Positions 29,205 to 38,142 of a stretch of 64,000 nucleotides of DNA are shown here, piece after piece. The notes below the pieces were generated by a model. It made no database searches and was not told the DNA's origin. It was given only the letters and a program-made list of their open reading frames with translations. Position 1 is the first letter of the stretch; every line of letters starts with the position of its first letter. The DNA comes from Spirochaetota bacterium. GTDB lineage: Bacteria; Spirochaetota; UBA4802; UBA5550. The stretch covers positions 1,152,001 through 1,216,000 of the forward strand of contig CAXXHB010000003.1 of NCBI GenBank assembly GCA_963664815.2. Direction: 5' to 3'. A program made the translations under genes and the position numbers.

Positions 29205-30056
29205 ATGGATCTTACAATAAAAAGATTAACCGCAGAAGAGTTTGCTAAATTTGCCAAGCTTATCTATGATGAGAGCGGTATTTTTATGAAGGATACAAAG
29301 ATTACACTTTTATCTAACCGGCTTAGAAAAAGGTTAAGCGCGCTTTCCCTTAATGAGTTTGGTGATTATTATAATTATCTTCAGGCGTTGGCCGGCGAGC
29401 CTAAGAGAAAGGAGTACGAGGAATTGCTTGATGTTGTTTCAACCAACGAAACATATTTCTTCAGGAATGAAAGACATTTCGAGGCATTAACTGATGTTTG
29501 TCTTCCTGAACTGGCTAAAATTAAAACCGACAAAAAGCTTAAAATATGGAGTGCGGCATGTTCAACTGGTGAGGAGCCTTATACAATAGCTATATGTGTA
29601 CTTGAATGTATGAAATATTTTCATGGATGGGACATCGAAATAATTGCTACTGATATTGCTCCTTCAGTTCTTGAATTTGCACGTGACGGTTATTATTCAG
29701 GCAGAAGGATTGAAAAAGTATCACCTGAACATCTAAAAAAATATTTTACGCTTGAAGATAAAGAAAAGGGCGTATATAAGGTCAATGACGAGTTAAAGAA
29801 AATGGTTAATTTTTATTATCTGAATTTTTTTAAAAATCCATTTCCTAAAAATCTTGATATAATATTCTGCAGAAATGTAATGATATATTTTGATAAAATT
29901 CATCAGAAAAGTCTGGTTTCTGATTTTTATCAATCTATCAAGGACACTGGATATCTTTTTATAGGTCATTCGGAAACTCTTCATTCGATTTCAGAAGACT
30001 TTATTTATAAAAAAATTTTAGAATCTCCGATTTACATTCCTAAGCTCAGGAGTTGA
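29205..30056 (+). CDS. cheR: Chemotaxis methyltransferase CheR
   Basis: TNETYFFR, WSAACSTGEEPYTIA, IFCRNVMIYFD, GHSE. Confidence 0.97.
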   Translation: MDLTIKRLTAEEFAKFAKLIYDESGIFMKDTKITLLSNRLRKRLSALSLNEFGDYYNYLQALAGEPKRKEYEELLDVVSTNETYFFRNERHFEALTDVCLPELAKIKTDKKLKIWSAACSTGEEPYTIAICVLECMKYFHGWDIEIIATDIAPSVLEFARDGYYSGRRIEKVSPEHLKKYFTLEDKEKGVYKVNDELKKMVNFYYLNFFKNPFPKNLDIIFCRNVMIYFDKIHQKSLVSDFYQSIKDTGYLFIGHSETLHSISEDFIYKKILESPIYIPKLRS

Positions 30057-30058
30057 GA

Positions 30059-30538
30059 ATGTCTTATGAACTGATCAATGTTGGTATAGCGGATATGGGT
30101 GTAGCCATGTCTCCGAATATTTTAAGGACTATTCTTGGTTCCTGTGTTGGTATCTGTATTTATGATCCGAAAGTGAAAATAGGCGGCCTTTCACACATAA
30201 TGCTCCCTACCAGTAAAAAACCGTCTCATAATATAAAAAAATATGCAGATACCGCAATTCCATTGATGATTGATGAAATGCTTGCACTTGGAGCCGGCAG
30301 GGAACGTATGATTGCTAAACTTGCCGGAGGGGCAACGATGTTCAAGCATACAGGAAATTCCCTGATGGGAGACATCGGGAAAAATAATATTCAAAGTGTG
30401 AAGGAAATACTTGCATCATTAAAAATTCCCGTACTCTGTGAAGAGTTGGGGGGTGACTATGGCAGAACAATTGATTTCTATCTTGAAACCGGGGAAGTAA
30501 AAATTAAGACTATAGGCAAAGAACCGATTATTATATAG
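30059..30538 (+). CDS. cheD: Chemoreceptor glutamine deamidase CheD
   Basis: LGSCVG, GGLSHIMLP, KYAD, AGGATMF, IGKNN, GGDYGR. Confidence 0.96.
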   Translation: MSYELINVGIADMGVAMSPNILRTILGSCVGICIYDPKVKIGGLSHIMLPTSKKPSHNIKKYADTAIPLMIDEMLALGAGRERMIAKLAGGATMFKHTGNSLMGDIGKNNIQSVKEILASLKIPVLCEELGGDYGRTIDFYLETGEVKIKTIGKEPIII

Positions 30539-30548
30539 GAAGTTATAC

Positions 30549-31415
30549 ATGGAGAGCATGACTGGTTACGCGTTTCTGGAAAAAAGTACGGAACAGTTTT
30601 CGTATTCAATTGAAATAAAATCATTAAACGCAAAGTATCTGGAAGTATACGTAAATTTACCGAAGATTTTAAGAAATGAAGAAAATGAATATATTCAGAT
30701 TATAAAGACGCATTTCAGCAGAGGTAAAATTGAGCTTTCTATCGATATATTTGACTGGAACAGTACAAAGCCGGTCTCGCTTAATCTTGAGCTTATGAAA
30801 AAGTATTATCATGAACTTGAGATTCTTCATAAAACACTAAAAATTAAAGAACCGATAAAATTTGAATCTCTTCTGATGCTGGAGGGTATTACACAAAGAG
30901 AAAGGACCTCATTGTCAGATAAATCAAAGAAAGAGATGCTGAATGTGCTTAGTCTGGTAATTAACAAGACAATTGATATGAGAAAAAAAGAAGGAATCTC
31001 TATTAAAAAAGATATTACGTTATCTCTATCTCAAATTAGCAAAGATGTTCAAAAAATAAAGTCTTTGTCCGGAAAGGTACTTGAAGAGAAAAAAGAGAAC
31101 TTAAAATCCAGGCTAAAGTCAATCACGAATGGTAACATAGACAATAACCGTTTATATGGAGAAATAGCACTTCTTGCTGATAAACTTGATATAAATGAAG
31201 AGCTGGTAAGATTAGATGATCATCTTAAGAAGTTCAAGATTATGCTGAAGGAGAAAGATCAGCAGGGGAGAAAATTCGATTTTCTTGCTCAGGAACTATT
31301 CAGGGAGATTAATACAATTGCCTCAAAGTCAAATAATTCACAAATATCTCAGATTGCAGTTGAAGTTAAAAATCATATTGATAAAATAAGAGAACATTGC
31401 CGGAATGTAGTATAA
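30549..31415 (+). CDS. yicC: YicC/YloC family endoribonuclease
   Basis: MESMTGY, DINEELVRL, GRKFDFLAQELFREINTIASK. Confidence 0.94.
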   Translation: MESMTGYAFLEKSTEQFSYSIEIKSLNAKYLEVYVNLPKILRNEENEYIQIIKTHFSRGKIELSIDIFDWNSTKPVSLNLELMKKYYHELEILHKTLKIKEPIKFESLLMLEGITQRERTSLSDKSKKEMLNVLSLVINKTIDMRKKEGISIKKDITLSLSQISKDVQKIKSLSGKVLEEKKENLKSRLKSITNGNIDNNRLYGEIALLADKLDINEELVRLDDHLKKFKIMLKEKDQQGRKFDFLAQELFREINTIASKSNNSQISQIAVEVKNHIDKIREHCRNVV

Positions 31416-31665
31416 TATTGTTATTCATGTTTTATCAGACAATTGATATTTATAAATGGGATGTGTAATGATTTATTCAGTCTCGCCGGATTATTAATAA
31501 AAACCAGAGATCTGAAAGTATGACGGTTTTTTCTGATGATTTTAATAAATAGTTTTTTGCCGTCATTATTAAATTATATTAAATTATTTTTAGAAATGCA
31601 TTTGATCGTAAAATCATCTTGACAGAAAAAAACATTAAAAAGGAAATACTGACTGAAATTATAAT

Positions 31666-31917
31666 ATGAAAACTACATTATTAAATATAGGCTTCGGAAA
31701 TGCCGTTGTTGAAGAAAGAATCATTGCAGTGATAACACCTTCTTCAGCTTCCGGAAAAAGATTACGGGAAGATGCGAGAGAGAATAATCTTCTTGTGGAT
31801 GCAACTCATGGAAGAAAAACGAGATCTATAATTATTATGGACAGCAATCATATTGTTCTCTCGGCAATGCAGCCTGAAACTCTTTCAAACAGGCTTTCAA
31901 ATAACTCGGACAACTAA
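31666..31917 (+). CDS. remA: RemA (DUF370) family regulator
   Basis: LLNIGFGN..RIIA, DATHGRKTRSII, LSAMQPET. Confidence 0.93.
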   Translation: MKTTLLNIGFGNAVVEERIIAVITPSSASGKRLREDARENNLLVDATHGRKTRSIIIMDSNHIVLSAMQPETLSNRLSNNSDN

Positions 31918-31918
31918 A

Positions 31919-32530
31919 ATGATTTTTGTAATATCAGCTCCATCCGGCGCAGGGAAAACCACATTAATTAATAGGTTACTTGAATATGATAACAGTCTGA
32001 TGTTTTCTGTTTCAACTACTACCAGGAATATCCGGGAAGGTGAAGTGGATGGAGTAAATTATAATTTTGTTTCGAAAGATGATTTTTGCCAAATGATTAA
32101 AGATAACGAATTTTTTGAGTGGGCAGAAGTTTATGGTAATTATTATGGTACAACAAAAAAAGAAGTTGACAGAATAAGAAACAGCGGAAAAATAACACTC
32201 TTCGATGTTGATGTCCAGGGTAGCAAAAGTTTAAGAAAGCAGATTAAAGAAGGAATTTTTATATTTATAATACCTCCATCTCCTGATGTTTTGAAGAAAA
32301 GGTTAATCGGAAGAAAAACTGAAACCAGTGAACAACTGGATCTGCGGTTAAAAAATGCATATAAAGAGATTTCTGAGTATGTAAACTTCGATTATGTAAT
32401 AGTAAATTGTGACCTTGAAAGTGCTTTTCAGAGACTTATGTCTATTGTTATGGCGGAGAAGTGTAAGATAATGAATGTAAAAAAACAAATAGAAGGGATT
32501 TTGGAGGGTTTTAATGATTATACCACTTGA
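31919..32530 (+). CDS. gmk: Guanylate kinase
   Basis: SAPSGAGKTT, SVSTTTR, EWAEVYGNYYGT, DVDVQG; start ATG 31919. Confidence 0.96.
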   Translation: MIFVISAPSGAGKTTLINRLLEYDNSLMFSVSTTTRNIREGEVDGVNYNFVSKDDFCQMIKDNEFFEWAEVYGNYYGTTKKEVDRIRNSGKITLFDVDVQGSKSLRKQIKEGIFIFIIPPSPDVLKKRLIGRKTETSEQLDLRLKNAYKEISEYVNFDYVIVNCDLESAFQRLMSIVMAEKCKIMNVKKQIEGILEGFNDYTT

Positions 32531-32720
32531 CAAACTGTTAACTTTAAATACAAATAAGTATATATTTACAAAAGGAGTAATGAAGGCTGTCGACCTTGTA
32601 GGAAATATTGCAAATTATCCGGAAGATGATTTAAACTGGAAGGTTGTCCCCAATGTTTTAAGGTTAGCTCTTGAAGGTGAAGTCAAACTTGTTTACAATC
32701 ATGAAGGCGAAATTATTTAA
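32514..32720 (+). CDS. rpoZ: Probable RNA polymerase omega subunit (spirochaete-type)
   Basis: 68 aa directly after gmk; MIIPLDKL..NKY and ALEGEVK resemble omega. Confidence 0.65.
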   Translation: MIIPLDKLLTLNTNKYIFTKGVMKAVDLVGNIANYPEDDLNWKVVPNVLRLALEGEVKLVYNHEGEII

Positions 32721-32731
32721 TCGAAGGTTAA

Positions 32732-33637
32732 ATTATCAAAGTTGTTGTCATTGTAGGCCCTACTGCTTCAGGTAAAACAGAATTATCTATAAATATTGCA
32801 GATGGTAATTTTGAAATAATATCTGCTGATTCTGTGCAGGTTTATAGGTTTATGGATATTGGCAGCAGTAAACCGTCTCAGTTACAAATGGAAGCAGTCA
32901 GGCATTATCTGATTGATGTTGTAAACCCTGATTATAATTTTTCTGCCGGAGATTTTTGTGAAAGGGCGACAATAGCCATACATGATATTCATCGACGGGG
33001 GAAAATACCGCTTTTAGTCGGTGGTACAGGGTTTTATATTAATTCATTCTGCTTTGGAATTGATGATGTTCCGGAAATAAAGGAGACAACAAGAATAAAA
33101 GTAGCATCTGAGTATGATAGTGGAAATTCCGATTTGCTTTACGAAGAGTTAAATAGGGTGGATCCTGAATTTGCATTAAAGGTTCATAAAAACGACAAGC
33201 AGAGAGTAATCAGGGCAGTTTCTGTTTTTCGGGATACCGGAAGGGCATTATCAAGCTATTTTAACAATAAAAGGAGGAATGAATATTTAGAAACACTGTT
33301 TATCGGAATCTCGATCGAAAGGGAGTCTTTATTGAAAAGGATTGATGACAGAGTGGATTTAATGATTAAAAAAGGATTTGTTGATGAAGTGGAAAATTTA
33401 AGAAATATGGGATATGCCTCATCTTTAAATTCTATGCAGTCTATAGGCTATGCAGAGATTAATAAGTATATTGATGGTATAATATCTCTGAAAGATGCTG
33501 TTGAAGAGATAAAAAATAATACAAAAAGGTATTCAAAGAAACAGATGACATGGTTTAAAAAAAATAAAAATGTAATCTGGTTCAGTCCGGGAGATAATAA
33601 AAATGTTTCGGATTTAATAAAAAATTGGATAAATTAA
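32732..33637 (+). CDS. miaA: tRNA dimethylallyltransferase, non-canonical ATT/ATC start
   Basis: VVVIVGPTASGKTELS P-loop and ISADSVQVY lie in frame upstream of the track's GTG; in-frame TAA at 32729; VGGTGFY, SIGY, YSKKQMTW. Confidence 0.94.
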   Translation: MIKVVVIVGPTASGKTELSINIADGNFEIISADSVQVYRFMDIGSSKPSQLQMEAVRHYLIDVVNPDYNFSAGDFCERATIAIHDIHRRGKIPLLVGGTGFYINSFCFGIDDVPEIKETTRIKVASEYDSGNSDLLYEELNRVDPEFALKVHKNDKQRVIRAVSVFRDTGRALSSYFNNKRRNEYLETLFIGISIERESLLKRIDDRVDLMIKKGFVDEVENLRNMGYASSLNSMQSIGYAEINKYIDGIISLKDAVEEIKNNTKRYSKKQMTWFKKNKNVIWFSPGDNKNVSDLIKNWIN

Positions 33638-33656
33638 TATTGAGGGGTTTCTAACT

Positions 33657-33896
33657 ATGAGTAAGCCGTTGAATAATCTTCAGGATATTTTTTTAAATTA
33701 TACAAGGAAGAATAAAACAGAAATTACTCTTTTCCTCGTAAACGGAGTTCCTATAAAGGGGAGAGTACTGAGCTTTGACAATTTTACAATTCTTATCGAA
33801 GTTGATAAAAAACAAAATCTGATATATAAACATGCCATATCTACCATGGTACCAAGCAAAACTATCCCTTTCAGGGATGAAGAAGAAAATCAATAG
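33657..33896 (+). CDS. hfq: RNA chaperone Hfq
   Basis: LQDIFLN, FLVNG, SFDNF, IYKHAIST; miaA-hfq synteny. Confidence 0.97.
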   Translation: MSKPLNNLQDIFLNYTRKNKTEITLFLVNGVPIKGRVLSFDNFTILIEVDKKQNLIYKHAISTMVPSKTIPFRDEEENQ

Positions 33897-33909
33897 ATGA
33901 AGGGAAGAT

Positions 33910-34803
33910 ATGAAATCTCTCATTAAGCTATTGATAAAATTTCTAATTTTCATATCGGTAATTTATGGATTAATCTTTTCAATTTATAAATCAGGTAATA
34001 ATGAAATAATAATACTGAAAGATATAAAAAAAGATAAGATAATGCAATCCTATTCCTCAACTTATAACTTTATTTGGCAGGGATTATTACAATGGAATTA
34101 TCTTGTTGTAAGAATACCAATTAAAAGTTCAGCAATATTTAATATACAGGTAAAAATACCTTCTCTTTCATCTTTGAATGATGATCTGTATATCATTAAA
34201 TTACCGGTTAATATAAGCTATCAGTTAGATAAAACAAACTTGCCGGATTCTACATATTTAACCAGTAAAAATAACATTGAAAGTTATATCATGGAAAAAT
34301 CTTCAATCATAAGTCAGACTGTTTTAATGGGGTATCTTGAACCAGTTTATGATAAAAAAACAATATTAAAAAATGAAAAAATCATTGAAGATTTAATAAT
34401 ATCAGAGTTGATCAAGAAACTTAGAGGTCTTGGTATAATTGTTGATAAAATTGAATTTATTTCATCAGCATATTTTCCGGATAACCGACTTTATGCTGAG
34501 GGTTTAATTCAAAATAAAGAGATGAGAGATCTTGATTTTTCCAATAGAAAACAGGAAATTCTACTTGGGAAAAAGCTGTTGAAGGAAAAATTTGAGAATG
34601 AACTCTATTTTGAGAAATTATTAAGAATTTCATCTTTATTGAAAGATAATCCTGAGATTTTAAAATTTATTTATATTGACAAAATGGGGGATGACATAAG
34701 AGTTATTATATCATCCGATAAGACAGGTTTGCCCGCAATGCTTGGTGATGTTGCGGATAGAACAAAACCCGGTGTAAAGGGAGATGTTGATAATCTACGA
34801 TGA
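33910..34803 (+). CDS. Divergent SPFH/band-7-like membrane protein
   Basis: N-terminal TM; C-terminal NPEILKFIYIDKMGDDIRVII resembles SPFH tails. Confidence 0.55.
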   Translation: MKSLIKLLIKFLIFISVIYGLIFSIYKSGNNEIIILKDIKKDKIMQSYSSTYNFIWQGLLQWNYLVVRIPIKSSAIFNIQVKIPSLSSLNDDLYIIKLPVNISYQLDKTNLPDSTYLTSKNNIESYIMEKSSIISQTVLMGYLEPVYDKKTILKNEKIIEDLIISELIKKLRGLGIIVDKIEFISSAYFPDNRLYAEGLIQNKEMRDLDFSNRKQEILLGKKLLKEKFENELYFEKLLRISSLLKDNPEILKFIYIDKMGDDIRVIISSDKTGLPAMLGDVADRTKPGVKGDVDNLR

Positions 34804-34844
34804 AAAAGAAATGCTTGAAGTAATTTATAATAAGGAGTTTTTTT

Positions 34845-34934
34845 ATGCCCTGCGGTAAAAAAAAGAAAAGAAAGAAGATAGCGAACCATAAAAGGAAGAA
34901 AAGAAGAAGACAGAATCGTCATAAGAAAAAGTAA
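34845..34934 (+). CDS. 29-aa basic peptide, AURKAIP1/COX24 (mS38/bS22-like) ribosomal protein family
   Basis: TAAGGAG RBS; MPCGKKKKRKKIANHKRKKRRRQNRHKKK; own terminator; below the ORF track cutoff. Confidence 0.85.
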   Translation: MPCGKKKKRKKIANHKRKKRRRQNRHKKK

Positions 34935-34950
34935 ATTAATTTGGTCTTAT

Positions 34951-34986
34951 AGAGAAGAGATTGGCAATTAAGGCCAATCTCTTTTA
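34951..34986 (+). terminator. Rho-independent terminator
   Basis: AAGAGATTGGC-AATTAAG-GCCAATCTCTTTT. Confidence 0.8.
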
Positions 34987-35007
34987 GTATTTAATGGTGG
35001 CAGGATA

Positions 35008-35709
35008 ATGGCTAACGGGAACAGAAAACTCATCTGGAAAAGAAGACCTTCTGAGATCAGAGGGTATGAAAGAGCTATGTATGCTAACCTTGATAATGGT
35101 GATTATATACGTGTTGATTATAATACCGGTGAAAAAAATGCACGTCTTTATACTGAGGTTAATGAAGATAAAGGAATGTCTTATTATGCAGTTATAAGTA
35201 AAGGCAGGGTAACTGTTGAAAAAAATGGCAATGGACGATCCGCAGGGGTTGCAGAAAGATTAAGTGAAAGAGCGCGGGAATTTTCCTCATTGCCGAACAA
35301 AGATGTTTTAAAAATCATTAATAATAATTATGGGATTTCAATGTCCATAACTCCTGAGGAGAGTAAAAAAAAGGAGCATTTTGAAACTGAACGTGAAGAA
35401 ATAAAGAGAAAATATTTTAAAGCAGAGGATAATCCATATGTTCCTGGCGATTATACTATTCAGAGAAAAAGAACAAAAATAGCATTAATTGATCTTTTTG
35501 ACGTTATAACGGGTATTTTGATATCAGCGTTATTCTTTTTTTTAGGGCAGTATGATTTAATATCTGCTGGTGCAGCAGCTGTGATTTGGGGTATGCTTCT
35601 TGGAGTTTTTGATATTCTTTTAAGAGAGCGGGAGCCCGTATTTATTAAAATATTTTTTTTTCTTATTACAGGAGTAGGACTTTATTTATATAGCTATATT
35701 TATCTTTAG
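35008..35709 (+). CDS. Hypothetical protein with three C-terminal TM helices
   Basis: 233-aa ORF, AGGA RBS, soluble N-terminus, hydrophobic C-terminus. Confidence 0.8.
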   Translation: MANGNRKLIWKRRPSEIRGYERAMYANLDNGDYIRVDYNTGEKNARLYTEVNEDKGMSYYAVISKGRVTVEKNGNGRSAGVAERLSERAREFSSLPNKDVLKIINNNYGISMSITPEESKKKEHFETEREEIKRKYFKAEDNPYVPGDYTIQRKRTKIALIDLFDVITGILISALFFFLGQYDLISAGAAAVIWGMLLGVFDILLREREPVFIKIFFFLITGVGLYLYSYIYL

Positions 35710-36037
35710 TTTGTGCTGGAGAATCGGAAAGTCGTATTTTTTAAGTGGAAAATGTTGAGAAGTTTTAAGAATGAAGAATATTTATATATTTTTTTTCTAA
35801 AATGCTGTAATGTATTTGTTTTATAAGGCTGTGCAATGATTAATCATATGTTGTTTAAGATGATTGAGAGAATTAAATATTTCATGTATTTTAAAATATA
35901 GGACAAAGTATTTATGGGAGAATATATATTAATGAATTATTTTTTTTACTTGAAATGTTTTTACAAAAAATGATATTATATATATAATAGTAAAATTTAA
36001 ACCCTTTTGTACTTTAATAAAAAACAGGAATTGTAAA

Positions 36038-36499
36038 ATGCATCAGAAAAAGACAGAATTAAACACTTCACTCCAAATAATTTGTTTTAAGATCGGAAAT
36101 GAAGAGTATGGAATAGATATACTTCAGGTTCAGGAAATATTAAAAGTTCCAAAAATAACAAAACTTCCTAAATCTCGCTCTCATATCATGGGAGTGATCG
36201 ATTTGAGAGGCAAGGTTATTCCAATTATTGATCTTGGCAAGAAATTTGGAATAATTGCAGATTTGACAAATTCAAGCAGAACAATTGTTGTCGATATAGA
36301 AGGAAAAAGAGTTGGGTTGGCAATTGATTCGGTAAGTCATGTTATAAAAGTTGATCTCAGCGAGATTGAACCGCCACCACCTGTAGTAAAAGGAATTTCA
36401 GGAAAATATATAGTAGGAATAGCAAAATTGAAAACAGGATTTGTAGTGATTCTTGATATAAACCAGATTTTTTCAGTAGAAGATCTGATGTCGCTTTAA
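36038..36499 (+). CDS. cheW: Chemotaxis adaptor CheW
   Basis: EEYGIDILQVQEI, GVIDLRGKVIPIIDL, GLAIDSV. Confidence 0.96.
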   Translation: MHQKKTELNTSLQIICFKIGNEEYGIDILQVQEILKVPKITKLPKSRSHIMGVIDLRGKVIPIIDLGKKFGIIADLTNSSRTIVVDIEGKRVGLAIDSVSHVIKVDLSEIEPPPPVVKGISGKYIVGIAKLKTGFVVILDINQIFSVEDLMSL

Positions 36500-36500
36500 T

Positions 36501-37664
36501 TCAGAAAGCTGCAATTAGAATTGTTTCAATTTCACTTTTAGAGATTTTTCTTGGCGTATTATTTATAAACGGATAAGAATAAGCCTGATCTGCAATTTCT
36601 TTAAACTGATTCTGCTTGATTTTAAATGTTGATAACCTTTGGGGAATTTCAATATCAATTTCCAGTTTTCTAACTGCTTCTACTGCCTTAATTGCCGCTT
36701 CAATGACTGTAATGTCTTTTACATCCTCTCCCATAACCTTTGACATCTGAACATATTTTCCTGGTGAGGTTGTAAGGTTGAATTCCATAATATGGGGGAT
36801 TATTACTGATATTGCAGTTTCCATATCTATATCTGTTTTTGATGAAATGGCGAGTGCAAGAGCCAGCGAAACAGAAAGGAAAGCAACAGAAAATGCAATT
36901 CCCGACATAACTGAAGCTGTTGATAAATTAACTCTGGGGGCAATGTTTTTTGGTTCCTTATAAGCAACCGGGAGATTTCTGAAAATAAGATCTATTGATT
37001 TCAGGGCATATGTATTAATAATATCGTTATTCATTGTTGAAATTACAGATTCAGTTGCAATTGCCAGTGAGCTGGTTGAAGTTTTAAGAATTTTGTCTTC
37101 TGATATCAAAAGTGATAGTTCGGGATCTACTATTGAAGCTAAAGGATAAAGGTTAAGATTATAGTAAACCTGGTTTGTCAGTTTATGGATCTCTTTTATG
37201 TAAAACATTGGTGAGATCTCAAATCCGAAAGAGGGGTAAGCCGGCATTGTTATATACCTGGCTGGAGGATTTAAAGTTTCCTTGCTGTAAAGTGCATCAT
37301 AACAAAAAATATAATTATTAATAAGTAGAGCAATTGCCTTGGCAGAAGTTAAAGATTCTATACCTCCAAAACCTATTATAAGGTCACATTTGGTTTTTTT
37401 TATAAATGATACAGCAATATCAATATCTTCGGTGGTCGGATTACCGGGTAGTTCATCATAAATAATACATCCGAGATTTACATTTTTAAAAAACCTGTAA
37501 ATCTCTGAAAGAGTTTCATGGTATAATTCAAAATCTGTTGTAACAGTTACAATAACAACTCTGGAACCATATTTAGATGAAATTTCAGCAGCATTTTTAC
37601 TGATACCCTGCTTTATATATATTTCTGTTGGAAGATGAAATTCAGGTGATATAATATCGCTCAA
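36501..37664 (-). CDS. Iron-containing alcohol dehydrogenase-fold protein lacking catalytic ligands
   Basis: FHLPTEI, DLIIGFGG, IVDPEL, ASVMSGIAF, IPQRL, NTPR mark the fold; GGGS and Asp/His/His/His ligands are substituted. Confidence 0.85.
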   Translation of the reverse strand: MSDIISPEFHLPTEIYIKQGISKNAAEISSKYGSRVVIVTVTTDFELYHETLSEIYRFFKNVNLGCIIYDELPGNPTTEDIDIAVSFIKKTKCDLIIGFGGIESLTSAKAIALLINNYIFCYDALYSKETLNPPARYITMPAYPSFGFEISPMFYIKEIHKLTNQVYYNLNLYPLASIVDPELSLLISEDKILKTSTSSLAIATESVISTMNNDIINTYALKSIDLIFRNLPVAYKEPKNIAPRVNLSTASVMSGIAFSVAFLSVSLALALAISSKTDIDMETAISVIIPHIMEFNLTTSPGKYVQMSKVMGEDVKDITVIEAAIKAVEAVRKLEIDIEIPQRLSTFKIKQNQFKEIADQAYSYPFINNTPRKISKSEIETILIAAF

Positions 37665-37702
37665 TGTAATCCTTCCCTGGTAGAGCTTTTTATCGGATCA
37701 AT

Positions 37703-37736
37703 AAAAAAAGCGGACATATCATATATCCCCGCTTTG
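37703..37736 (-). terminator. Probable terminator after flgM
   Basis: AAAGCGG...CCGCTTT stem with a T tract on the minus strand. Confidence 0.55.
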
Positions 37737-37763
37737 TTGTTAACAAGACTGTTTTTTTAAAAT

Positions 37764-38054
37764 TTATCTTAAAAGAAAGTTCGCTATTTTATCGGCTACC
37801 ATTTCAAGCATTTTATTATCATCGAAATTGTATGTGCCATTATCGATTCTCATTTTAATATCTTTTACTCTTTCAATTCTTGTATCCGGGGAATCTTTTA
37901 CAACTTGTGCACTTCGGGCAATATCCGCCGCCTGTTTTCCCTCATTTGATATTTGTATTGAATCACTTTTATATTCCTCTTTCTTCCCTGAAACAGGTTT
38001 GCTCTTTTTTGTGTCTGTGATATTATTTATGTTACCAATTTTTTCTATTACCAT
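37764..38054 (-). CDS. flgM: Anti-sigma-28 factor FlgM
   Basis: DSIQIS, PDTRIERVKDIK.RI.NGTY, VADKI. Confidence 0.93.
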   Translation of the reverse strand: MVIEKIGNINNITDTKKSKPVSGKKEEYKSDSIQISNEGKQAADIARSAQVVKDSPDTRIERVKDIKMRIDNGTYNFDDNKMLEMVADKIANFLLR

Positions 38055-38083
38055 TGTAATAACCCTTCTCTTTTCTCTTATAT

Positions 38084-38110
38084 ATATCGGCTGTTTTTGT
38101 CAAATCTTTA
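38084..38110 (-). promoter_or_regulatory. Sigma-28 promoter of flgM
   Basis: Minus strand TAAA-gatttgacaaaaaca (15 nt)-GCCGATAT. Confidence 0.88.
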
Positions 38111-38142
38111 ATCAAATAAATATTATTTCAGGTTACTTCTGA

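Noticed and set aside
33657-33896. Canonical Hfq as a novelty for spirochaetes
   Set aside because: To my knowledge Hfq is already known in the Leptospira lineage
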